NCBI RefSeq assembly: GCF_006345805.1
Contig: NC_043003.1
Span: forward strand, 20,336,001 to 20,400,000
Direction: 5' to 3'
Length of the DNA: 64,000 nucleotides
Source: Octopus sinensis
Lineage: Eukaryota
Part shown: in pieces, positions 52,120 to 64,000 of the stretch
How positions within the stretch are numbered: position 1 is the stretch's first letter
Layout: each line of letters opens with the position of its first letter
Made by a program: the position numbers and the translations under genes
The notes under the pieces: generated by a model
Database searches by the model: none
Told to the model about the DNA's origin: nothing
What the model saw: the letters and a program-made list of their open reading frames with translations, nothing else

Positions 52120-52752
52120 AATAAAAAAGGAAGGAGAGAGTGAGTGAGAGAGAGAGAGAAAGAAAGAGAATGAAAGAGCGAGAGAGAATGGAGAAGAAGA
52201 TTTTAATAAATGTAGATTATGGATACATATGAAATTCATACTACATATCCCAACTTATACAAACACGAAGTATTTATTGCCGAAAAATTTCAAAACATAA
52301 TTAAGTAGAAACAACGCCATTGTGAAGAAAATAAAATAAGAAAGAGGTATTTCCGGATATGTCATACAAAACAGATATTTAGATATTATCATTAATCCAG
52401 GATATATGCCTATGCTAAGATATTTTGGGAATTATCTTGTCACCAGAAAGAAATAATATTGGATTATGTATACATACATTTATACATACACACACACACA
52501 CATACATACATACATACATGCATACATACATACATACATACATACATACATACATGCATACAGACAGACAGACAGATAGACATACATGCATACATGCATA
52601 CATGCATGCATGCATATACAATTACATACGTATATGTGTGAGTGTATGATTGTATTTGTGTGTATATGAGCGTGTGTGTGTATGTGTGTGTGTGTGCGCT
52701 TAGGTGCGCGCGCGCGCATGTATATAAGTCAGTCAATTTATCTTATCTTTAT

Positions 52753-53175
52753 AGGGCGGCGAGCTGGCAGAAACGTTAGCACGACGGGCGAAATGCTTAG
52801 CGGTATTTCGTCTGCGTTACGTTCTGAGTTCAAATTCCGCCGAGGTCGACTTTGCCTTTCATCCTTTCGGGTTCGATAAATTAAGTACCAGTTACGCACT
52901 GGTGTCGATACATCGACTTAATCCGTTTGTCTGTCCTTGTTTGTCCTCTCTGTGTTTAGCCCCTTGTGGGTAGTAAAAAATAGGTATTTCGTCTGTCTTT
53001 ACGTTCTGAATTTCACTTCTGCCGATGTCGACTTTGCCATTCATCCTTTCAGGGTCGATTAAATAAGTACCAGTCGAGCCCTGGGGTCGATATATTCGAC
53101 TTAGTCCGTTTGTTCTTGTTTGTTCTCTGTATGTTTAGCATGTATGTTTAGCACCCTGTGGGCAATAAAGAAATG
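52753..53175 (+). mobile_element. SINE family A dimer
   Basis: Head plus two body units (TTTCGTCTG at about 52806 and 52987). Confidence 0.9.
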
Positions 53176-54183
53176 AATATATCTCATCCAGCTAGATAAC
53201 TATCTGTCTACCTCTCCATTCATCCATCTGTATGCCTGCCTATCTATCTATCGATCTATATAATATAGTATTGACTTTAGTGTGAGTGCGCACGCGCGTG
53301 TTGTGTGTAGTGATGCTTGATTATTTATGAATATCAACAAAATGGTTATCAGAAAACAGGTTCTCCATACCGAAAAGATAAATATCGTAGTGTCTCGTAT
53401 ATAACATAGTGAATTGAAAAATGTAAGATCAACGTAGATCATCCAATCATTTAATATATAAAATCTTTCTCTTGTCATGTTTAAAATCACAAAGCAAAAA
53501 CCAAGGGAGATAACTTCAATAAGTTCAATTGATCAAAATTTTTGGACAATGAAGACAATACAGATTTGTATATATCTGATCAGTAAAGTCAACTGCTGAA
53601 AGCAACCGGCCTGTTTATTTTAGACATGATACTCCCGTGTTGACTCATGAAGTATGCACATCATTACTAACTACAATGAAAGCTATGACAACATTTGTCT
53701 TTCTATAGAAATACTTCAAAAAGTATTTGACATTTTATCTCTGTTTTGTAGCTCCACTTACGGTGCAAACTAAACTTTAAACGCTTCCTGCACATTGGCA
53801 TCATTACATAGGGGGTCGGGGAACACAAACCAACCAACGAACAAATCTGTATATTTTTAGTCGACGGCACACGAAAGGAATATCGTTCATTTTTTCCGAT
53901 AGCTTTCCTTGCACAAAGCGTTTAGCTATGTGTTTGCAATTCTGGTTAGAGTGCATGCAGACACACTACCCCACATCACCCTACACACATAACTACGTAT
54001 GCAATGTGCGCGTATTTATGTGTGTGCGTGCATGCGTATGTATCTATATACATATATGTATGTATATTATATATATATATAATATATATTATTATATATC
54101 TATATATATATATATTGTTATATTCGGAATGGTCATGGAGCTACAAAACTGAGATAAAAAATCTTGCACAACAAATACTTAAC

Positions 54184-54254
<71 letters not shown>

Positions 54255-54301
54255 GTTAGCCATATTCAAGGCATATATGCATCACGATATATATATATAT
54301 A

Positions 54302-54332
<31 letters not shown>

Positions 54333-55050
54333 GCCCTCTTACGGACTCTGCTAACAGTCCACTGAAACAGTTACTACATGAAGAAGACCTACGAAACGGC
54401 CGTAACCCCAAGCATGTCAGGTAGTTAAATAAATATATTCAGCTGCTATACCTTCTGACTTATACTATAAAATAGACGTAAATGCGTACATACTATACTA
54501 CACACGCACACACATACATTATTAACTATCGTATATGACAGGAATCTTTGGTCGCACACTTTTGCCATCATGATTATATCAGGAAATGCATCATCCATAT
54601 AATAATTGTAATTTAACTTTTATCAAATTTATGCAAAAACAATGAAATGAATTCTAAATTCTAAACGAAAAATATGTCTTAAAATTAAATTAATTGAAAT
54701 TTCTCATTTGTCTATTTTCTCCCATAACTAGACCGTCACTTACTCGCCCTCCTGTACCTACTACTCTTCCACATTTGCTGTTTCTAAGATTCTTTCTCCC
54801 ACTCTGAGTGGGGTTTGTGTTTGGCGTTTATTAACGAGCTACATGCGATATAATGTAGGGACCATTTCCAGGAATCTCTGGGGGAAATGTAGTTGTTTCA
54901 AGTTAGTCGAATTAGCCAAAACCAAAACAACTTAGGCTAAGATCATGATATTAAATTATCAACTCCTATTACCACATACGTAAATATATACATACATACA
55001 CATACATACATACACTTATATCAACATGAGCATATATATATAAATATTTG

Positions 55051-55101
<51 letters not shown>

Positions 55102-55563
55102 TATATGTATGTGTACACACATACGCATATATATACTATTTTATCATATTGATTTATTGAGTATGCCGTTAATCAACAGCAGAACTCACGGTAGAATATC
55201 GATATATTTTTACCCTTGCGAATAAAATCGCATGTCACCTGTCTGCTTCCCGCACCTTTCTCTTTCCCTGCAACTTTCTTTTATCCCTCCCCATCTCTCT
55301 CACAGCATCTCTCTCTCTCCCTCTCTCTTTTATGACTGCCTCTTTTTTCTAAACCTCTGTTTCATTCTTTAAACCCCACCTCCCTCTGACTATTTTACCC
55401 TCTAGCTAATTCTCCAAGCTTCTCTCTCATTCTCCCTCTCTCTCTCTCTCTCTCTTTCTCTTTCCAGCTTTTTCTATTTTACTATCTGTCTCATTCGCTA
55501 AACATCTCTCCAGCACTATTTACCATCTATCAAATTCTCTAAGCTTCTCTCTGTTTCCTCCTA

Positions 55564-55596
<33 letters not shown>

Positions 55597-56056
55597 CTCT
55601 CTCTCTCTCTCCCTATTCTACTATCGGTCTCATTCTCTAAACTGCTCTCTGTCTGATTGACTCTATCTCTCTTTCTCACTCCCTTTCTCTTTTTACTGAA
55701 CACAGCTTGTCTTTAATATCAACTAAAACAATCAATGTCCATTTGTATTTCGTTTTTGTTTCCTCCTGGGTTTTATTCATTTCAAAGTCTGTCTCTGTAT
55801 CTATTACTCATTTCCTCTGCCTCACCCTCATCCTTTCGTTTTTCATTTTTTTTCCTCAATTTGTTCGTCTTTTATCTTTTATTTCATAGTTCTTTTAAGT
55901 CATTAGACTGCAGCCATACTGGGCACTGGCTTGAAGGTTTTAGCTGAACGAAACGTCCCCGTACTTACTATTTATGTTTGGTATTTATTCTGTAGACAAG
56001 AACTATGTGGAACCACGTCATGTGTGTGTGTGTATGTGTGTGCGCGTGTATATATA

Positions 56057-56105
<49 letters not shown>

Positions 56106-56150
56106 CATACATACATACATATATACATACACACATGCAAAAACATATTA

Positions 56151-56182
<32 letters not shown>

Positions 56183-56586
56183 CAATAGCATAAGGGTAAA
56201 ATTAATTCATTAATTAATAATTGATAATTTTACCAAGTAGTTCGGTATGTTAAAAACCATTAATCGGTAAACTAAACAATTTTTTTTATAATTATGAGCA
56301 TAATTATAATTAGGGTTCAGTAAAAATTTGCTTCATCACATTCCGAATTATACTCATAATTATAAAATTATACTCATAATTATAAAAATTTTGTATATAT
56401 ATATATGCAGACCTATCACTGCAAATTACGAACGTTTGGTATGCGAATAAGTCTCTGCAATATTTACGTACGAATTGTCAGGAATGTGTTCAATATATAA
56501 ATTGGCCGATCCAATAATGTTACGGCCGGGTACGCCGCTACACTTAGTGAAATTTAACAAATATGCTTGTGGATAGTTGATGGGTT

Positions 56587-56637
56587 GGATGCAGCGCTGA
56601 TGAGAAAGTAATATTCTCGAAATATGTATGTACATCC
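56587..56637 (+). ncRNA. Hammerhead-like motif, copy 1
   Basis: GGATGCAGCG CTGATGA GAAAGT-AAT-ATTCTC GAAA TATG TA TGTACATCC. Confidence 0.6.
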
Positions 56638-56855
56638 ATGACCTATTTTTTTTTATTTTCCATTCTATAGTTTGCATAGATGTATTTAGTTACGAAACGT
56701 TGTAACTTGTAATACTGGCTCTGGATTTTATTGAAAAGTTATAGAGATTAAATAGAAATAAGAACATCGCACTGCTACTACGAAGACAATACACGCTAGT
56801 AACTTATAAGACTTTATGGTTGCAAAAAGAAAAACTCTATCCTTGCGTGCAATTA

Positions 56856-56910
<55 letters not shown>

Positions 56911-56952
56911 CATACATACATACATCATATATACATACACACATGCAAACAT

Positions 56953-56990
<38 letters not shown>

Positions 56991-57372
56991 ATAGCAATAA
57001 GGGTAAAATTAATTCATTAATTAATAATTGATAATTTTACCAAGTAGTTCGGTATGTTAAAAGAACCATTATCGGTAAACTTAAACAATTTTTTTTATAA
57101 TTATGAGCATAATTATAATTAGGGTTCAGTAAAAATTTGCTTCATCACATTCCGAATTATACTCATAATTATAAAATTATACTCATAATTATAAAAATTT
57201 TGTATATATATATATGCAGACCTATCACTGCAAATTACGACGTTTGGTATGCGAATAAGTCTCTGCAATATTTACGTACGAATTGTCAGGAATAAATTGG
57301 CCGATCCAATAATGTTACGCCGCTACACTTAGTTGAAATTTAACAAATATGCTTGTGGATAGTTGATGGGTT

Positions 57373-57424
57373 GGATGCAGCGCTGATGAGAAAGTAATAA
57401 TTCTCGAAATATGTATGTACATCC
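57373..57424 (+). ncRNA. Hammerhead-like motif, copy 2
   Basis: Same as copy 1 with one extra A in the helix II region. Confidence 0.6.
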
Positions 57425-57644
57425 ATGACCTATTTTTTTTTATTTTCCATTCTATAGTTTGCATAGATGTATTTAGTTACGAAACGTTGTAACTTGTAAT
57501 ACTGGCTCTGGATTTTATTGAAAAGTTATAGAGATTAAATTAGAAATAAGAACATCGCACTGCTACTACGAAGACAATACACGCTAGTAACTTATAAAGA
57601 CTTTATGGTTGCAAAAAGAAAAACTCTATCCTTGCGTGCAATTA

Positions 57645-57676
<32 letters not shown>

Positions 57677-58679
57677 TCATAAATGTCTGTCATGTTTTCC
57701 GTGTTTAGTTTTCCAATGCGTGACACTCGGTGTTGGTTTGGTTACGTTCTTTTAACAAAATTGATAGTTCGATAAAAGAGACCGATAGAATAAATACCAA
57801 ACTTTATGATATATGTACTGGATTAATTTGTTCGACTAAAATTCTTAAAGACACTGCCCGAACACGGCCGCTGTCTAACGACGAATAACAGTGAGATAAA
57901 TGATACATTTTTGCATTTCTTCTTTCTTTTTCCTTTCGTCTTTCTTTCTACAAATCGGTCTTAGTTCTTCCTTTCATCTATCTCTGTCTCTCCCCTCCCT
58001 CCCTCCCTCTCTCTCTCTCATTCATTCCCATCGACTTCTCTATCACTAGTTTTCTTTTCCTCTCCACGATTCATTCTTAACTCCTTCGTGCACCTTTCAC
58101 CCACTCGAATTTTCCTCTTTCCGTCATAACTGTTCGCTCTTTCTATTTCTCTCTTCCCTACTCTCGAACGCTCTTACTACTTGCTCTGCCATCCTCCATA
58201 TTCCATTTTCCATATATTTCTACCACGTCGCTCTCTCTTTAATTTTCTCAGTTACTTACTCTAACTCCCTATACTGATTCCACTTCCTCCTCCTTCTCCT
58301 CTCCCTCCTCCACATCCCATTTTATAATCTCCTCTCCCTTTCCCCCTATTCACAAAACCTTTCCTCTCTTCACTTCCCCCTCTGCCTAAGGCTACCTATC
58401 TTATGCTTCATCCTATTCAGTGATTCCCCCTTCTCTCAAAGTATCCCTCCCTCCCTCCCTCCATCCATCCATCCATCCATCCACCCATTTATCCATCCAA
58501 CAATCTATATATGCGTACACACCCATACACATACACACACACATATACACTCACACACACATATTCACACATGTATAAACACATAGATACATACGTACAT
58601 ACATACAATATACCTACATAGTTCTAAACATATATGCGTAAATATATGTAAATAACTATACGCACACACCCACATATAA

Positions 58680-58732
<53 letters not shown>

Positions 58733-58911
58733 GTAAGGCAATTCGTTGCTAAACCCTTATTGCTTAGTAATATATATATATATAGAATATATATGTATAT
58801 ATATATAGAATATATATGCATGTAATTCATACATATATATGTGTGTTGTGTGTGTGTATGTATGTATATATATATATATATATATATAGATTATATAATA
58901 TATATATATAT

Positions 58912-58943
<32 letters not shown>

Positions 58944-59849
58944 TATATAATATATATGTGTGTGTGTGTGTAAATATGTTGTCATCAGTCAGCATACGCT
59001 ATATCACAGTTATAAAGAACTACTTAATGCAAGCAGACAATAGATTTTATAAAGTCCTATTCAGCATATATTTACTATTATTTGTCATGTAGGCAACATA
59101 ACAGATTACAACAAGAGCCACTATACAATGGTGATATTGCATCTTTGATGTGGCAAATAGAGAAACAGAATAGTGAATATCTATATTGGGTGATGCAGAA
59201 ACGGTCGGAAACCGATAGAGTATCAGACATGTAAAGAAACCAACAAGATAACATGTTTATGAAGTCATGCAAGATGGCATTTGAAGGATACAGCTCCGTT
59301 ATTACTTATCCAGTAATGTAGTTGTTATAGTACATATATAACTTATATATGTGCAATATACTTACATACATACATTCACATCTATCTGCTTGTTTCTGTC
59401 TCTCTCTATATATTATTTACACTCAGCCCCCACACATGCATTCACAAGCACACACATATATATAGTGTTAGAGTAGTGCGATCCAAAAGGTCTTGGTAAA
59501 AGTAGTGAGCATCAAGCATGTACACGGCTTCTTTAGATGGCATAAAGCGGATGATACTCGATCAACACAGTTTATTAATCGACGTATGTATGTTATACAC
59601 TCCGTCTCATATCGAATTAAATGGAAATATTTATAAGATGGCCGCAAATATACAACTCAGCGTTTAGCAACGAGGATTGTTAATCATGAAGCTATGACTT
59701 AAATGGTGTAAGGTATGGAGCAGGTAAATAATAGACTACATCTGTTTCGAAACCAACCTATGTTACAGCTTTGAGTTACGTAAGAAATTCTCACGTTGAC
59801 TTAAAATTATATAAATGTATGCCTGTATGTATTTATGCGCGTGTATGTG

Positions 59850-60140
59850 TGTGTGTGTGTATGCGCGCGTGTGTGTGTGTGTGTTTGTGTGTGTATGTGT
59901 ATAAAATCTTTATTGAAATCAATCACGACAGGTGTGAAAGTTTTCGCAGTTATAAACTTGTCAAACGTGTCATTTTTGTCATGTGTCCCAAATCATTTTA
60001 ATAAATACTAACCATTCTCGACCTCTGTTTACATGTCGAATCCTTCATTTGTATACATACATGCATACATAAATATATATACCTTTGTATATATATGCAT
60101 ATATATATGTATGCATGTGTGTGTACATATATGCATAATA

Positions 60141-60181
<41 letters not shown>

Positions 60182-61650
60182 TATATATATATTCCCTTTC
60201 ATTTTGATACAATATGGTGGTTCACTTGTACCTATTATGGTCTTGTGCGACAGCAGAATACCCTTCGATTTTTCAGTGTCTAACTCGTCGCGAATCACAC
60301 GCGTTGGTAATACCAGAGAGTAAGTAATTTCGTCTACTTCCATTTTGGTGATTTTTTTCTAGTGTTGCGAATAGTGATTCATTGAAAAAAATGCGTTGAC
60401 AGCTGTGGTCATTTCCTCTCTGATATTGTTATCACTATCTTTTGACCTTCGTCTATTTTTCTCCTCCTCCTCAAGTGGCTTTTCACTAAACACACTTATA
60501 GCAATTGTACTTGATTTTCAGCGCTACCCATCGAATTGTCACCATCTTTTCCCCTGCTCACTTGAGAAAAGTTCTGAATTACCTTGTTATCAGAGTATGC
60601 CCGCAGAACTGCGATGTTCACACAGACCCTTGTTTTTGCAGGTTCACTCTACTTTTACTCTGCCCGAAAGGTTAACTCAACTCAAGATCAACGTTACTAC
60701 TAATATCCTTGCCGAGACGTTGTACTTCTGTTTCCTATGTATTGTGGTACTAATCTGAGGAGAGTGTGTGTCAGTCAATAGCAATTTTCTCTCTCCCTCT
60801 TTCTTTCTCTCCTCTCTCCTTCTCTCATATCGTCTTTGATCTTAAAAACAGATGCACGCCTTCATATATCCGTATCCGGTAGACGGAGCACGTATGTGTG
60901 TGAATGTGTGTGTGCGCGCGCGTGTGTAAAATCTTTTAGTAAAATCATTCACGGCAAGTGTGAATATTTTCGCAGCTATAAACTTGTCAAACGCATCATG
61001 TGTACCAAATCATCTTAGTAATTAATATTCATTCCCGAAATCTGTTTACGCTTCGAATCCTTCATTTGTATACATACATACATACATACATACATACATA
61101 CATACATACATACATAAATACATACATACATATATACATATATACATACATACATACATACATACATAAATACATACATACATACATACATACATACATA
61201 CATACATACATACATACATACATGGCCAATTGTTCATGTTTTTATATGAACAGCTATATTCAACATGTATGGAAGTTAGTTTTACTGTCTACCTCCATCA
61301 CACTGTCCATATATATACATAGTTGTCACCTCGGCAAGAAACGCATGTTGAATTGTGGAGGATAGTAAGCATAGCTTTTTCTTTCCCTCAAACATTTTGC
61401 AATATATATATATATATATAATATATATATATATATATTATATATATATATATATTATATAACATATATATATATAACATATAACACATATATATATATA
61501 TATATATTCCTTTCCACTTCAATACAATAGGTTGTCCACGTCTTGTAGCTATTACAGTCTTGTGTTGCAGCAGAATGCCCTTCGGCTTTTCACTGTCTAT
61601 CTCGTCGTGAATCATACGTGTTGGTGGTATTAGGGATAAAAGTAATTTCA
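59850..61650. repeat. Old diverged direct duplication (about 59850-60330 vs 60895-61650)
   Basis: Shared blocks AAAATCTTT...TTTTCGCAG.TATAAACTTGTCAAACG...CGAATCCTTCATTTGTATACATAC and CAGCAGAAT.CCCTTCG..TTTTCA.TGTCTA.CTCGTCG.GAATCA. Confidence 0.8.
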
Positions 61651-62378
61651 ATACCGTCTGCTACGAACTCCGTATTCGAAGGCATATGAAAAAGCCTTCC
61701 AGTTTTGTGAAAAGCGTATTTATGTCACCCCCCCCACCCTTCACGCTTTTCTCTAGATAAACCTATCGGGCAAGGAGGTATTCGCTTTTGCGACATGCTG
61801 CTTCCATGCTGCCTCGTTTATTTGGAATTGACAGATGTCCGATATTTCCTTTTGACTTGAAAAACTAGTGAGGAAGTGATTGATTTTGCTTGTGGCGCAT
61901 TTGTTAATATCAGATAAATCTGCATTTTCGTTGGTCAGTATTGATCACTTTATCAGTTTGTTTAATTAGCTTTTTCATTTCGTTTCTCTTACGTATATTT
62001 ATCTTCCCGTTTCGTTTCCATTACGTCTATTTACTTTTCCGTTTCGTTCCTCTTTTATTTCTTCTTTTCGTTCCTCCTTAATTTTCGTTTCATTTCTTTT
62101 TTTCTGTTTTCGTTTTCTTTTTGATCGTCTGTCATTTACTTATTTTCGCGTTTTCATGCTTCCAAAACATGCTTAAAGAATACTAGCCACTACTATCTTT
62201 GTGGCGAGCTCCTTTTCCTGCAACTTCAGACTAATCCATGTTGATCCATTGATAAACCAAAAACCAAAATTATTTTATATAACAATATGATTCTTTATTT
62301 CTATTTAATGTGACGGATAATCAAATGATCCATACTCCTTTGTTAAAAGAAACACGCATTCTATGCAAGTACTACTGT

Positions 62379-63620
62379 GTAGTACTTGCATAGACTGGGA
62401 CTGATGCTTAAGTCGAAATTAAACGGACGGAATAAGAGTGAAGCTATCAACACCTGAGCGGTTTCACTCCTTGGATATGGAGCAGGAGTAATCGCATGGA
62501 CAGTAGACAAACTAAACAGCTTAGACAGAAAGAAAGGAAGGTGCTGACTAGATATGGGATCCGCCACCCAAAAAGTGACAGAGACAGACTGTATATACCA
62601 AGAAAAAGTGGAGTAAGAGAAGGATGCGAAGACAGCGTTAGAGCAGAATAAAACAACATGGAATGGTATGTAAAAAATGCCACAGAACCACTATCATTGG
62701 AAGTAAGAAGGTCAGACTTGTGTAGGATGGTAGATTGCAAAGATAAGTCACTGTACAAGCACTTGAGAACGAATGAAACTGAAAATAGGCGGATAATGAA
62801 AAGAATGCATGGATAATTTCATAAGAATGTTGAAGATATGACAGACAGAGAAAAAAGTTGGCTATGGATGATTAAAATGATTTAAAACCGGAAACGGAGG
62901 CTCTAATCTGAGATGCACAAGAGCTAGCACAAAGAACAAATTACATCAAATACAGAATTAGCAACACATCAGAAAGTGATAAGTGCAGAATTTGTGAGAA
63001 AATGGTGAAACTGTATGGCATGTTACCAGTCAATGTACGCCACTAGCCCAGAAAGAATATAAGAGACGTCATGAAAATACAGCAAGGACTGTCCATTGGA
63101 CACTTTGCAATAGGTATGGACTTGATAGAGCAAAAAGCGGTATGAACATAAATCCGAAGGCATCATCGAAAATGATAATGCAAAGATCCTAAGGGATCTT
63201 ATGATTCAGTGCGACCATAAGAATAGAAAGCCATACGTAGTGTTAATTGAGAAAGAAAGCAAACGATGTGGATCATAGGTATAGCATGCGCAGCTGACAA
63301 GGTATGCGATCAGAAAGAAAGAAAAGTCGATAGATATGACAGGTTAGCTTGGGAGGTTATGCAGTTGTGGTTTATGAAAAAGTGGTAATAGTACTAATAA
63401 TTGTCGGAGTCCTGGGAACAGTGAGTAAAGATCTTGAGAAGTACATGGAAAAAAATAGGGGCTGCAATGAGGGTGAAGCACTTGCAGAAAACAGCACTGC
63501 TTAGAACCGCTCGAATACTTCGGATGGTAGTGAACATCTGGCACCGTAGTACATCTCCAGCGATAGAAGCCGTGCAAAGACCATAATATGATGATAACAA
63601 TAATGATAATGATAATGATA
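62379..63620 (+). pseudogene. 5'-truncated R4/Dong-type retrotransposon: thumb, CCHC knuckle and RLE endonuclease, with (TAA/TGA)n tail
   Basis: LKSKLNGRNKSEAINT, RLYIPRKSG, KRMHG, LKPETEALI.DAQE, KCRICE..ETVWHVTSQC, YKRRHE, QKTALLRTARILR; many stops and frameshifts. Confidence 0.9.
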
Positions 63621-63714
63621 CTGGGCTTCGTATATTTTTATATTTTACCCCAGTGTCACTTTGATGGCATGCTCTGCTCGCTCACTCAATAATAATAATA
63701 ATAATAATAATAAT

Positions 63715-63951
63715 ACGAGACACCAGTAGTGATCGGAGGCTCGGCTCAATCCCATTGAAACTTCAAAACTTCTTAAGGTAACTGGAAATCCCATACAAGA
63801 TTGATGTCTTGCAAAAAGCAGCCTTATTGGGAAGAACAGTGCACATCTTAAGGAAGGTATTGTCTGTCTGACGTCCTTGTTGTGACTTGACAGATGACTA
63901 AAGACTTCGGTGCATTTTTACCTACACTGTGGTACGAAGAAATAATAATAA
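63715..63951 (+). pseudogene. Second R4/Dong-type 3' fragment flanked by (AAT)n
   Basis: PVVIG..GSIPLKLQNFL...VLQKAALLG..HILRKVLSV*; (AAT)n at 63688-63713 and 63941-63951. Confidence 0.8.
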
Positions 63952-64000
63952 TCATTTCTGCTGGAGGCACAAGGCCTAAAATTTGTGGGGAAGGAACTAG

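Larger units (their letters stand above)
56183..57645 (+). repeat. Tandem duplication (period about 806 bp) of a non-coding element carrying an HHR-like motif
   Basis: 56183-56855 and 56989-57645 nearly identical, separated and flanked by (TA)n. Confidence 0.9.

Noticed and set aside
51130-58500. Long purine- or pyrimidine-skewed stretches (51130-51720, 55250-55700, 57900-58500)
   Set aside because: Consistent with decayed (GA)n/(CT)n low-complexity DNA; no further structure beyond a small local duplication at about 55390-55640.
515-61651. The many YI-, VC-, HT-, YLSI- and MYVC-repeat ORFs in the supplied track
   Set aside because: Translations of (TA)n, (TG)n, (CA)n, (ATCT)n and (TACA)n microsatellites.

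Overview
AT-rich, microsatellite-dense animal genomic DNA with no protein-coding gene I can support. The SINE families and the abundant (TA)n, (CA)n, (TACA)n, (ATCT)n and (AAT)n tracts point to a coleoid cephalopod, most likely Octopus (inference from recall, not a database hit). Almost all supplied ORFs are microsatellite or SINE artefacts. The window holds three tRNA-derived SINE families (labelled A, B and C here) in dozens of copies. It also holds decayed R4/Dong-type and L1/Tx1-type LINE fragments, a decayed mariner transposase, a non-autonomous Helitron, and a 5S rRNA pseudogene split by a SINE. The most interesting signal is a set of small non-coding elements sitting in (TA)n tracts. 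They carry minimal hammerhead ribozyme (HHR) motifs with palindromic helix-III loops, arranged as tandem and fold-back repeats. Four unrelated families cluster at 18.9-20.9 kb, a tandem pair lies at 56.2-57.6 kb, and relics occur elsewhere. They resemble Penelope-like pseudo-LTRs or retrozymes, and one carries an unnamed three-hairpin module with covarying stems. Coordinates were read by eye and may be off by a few bases.
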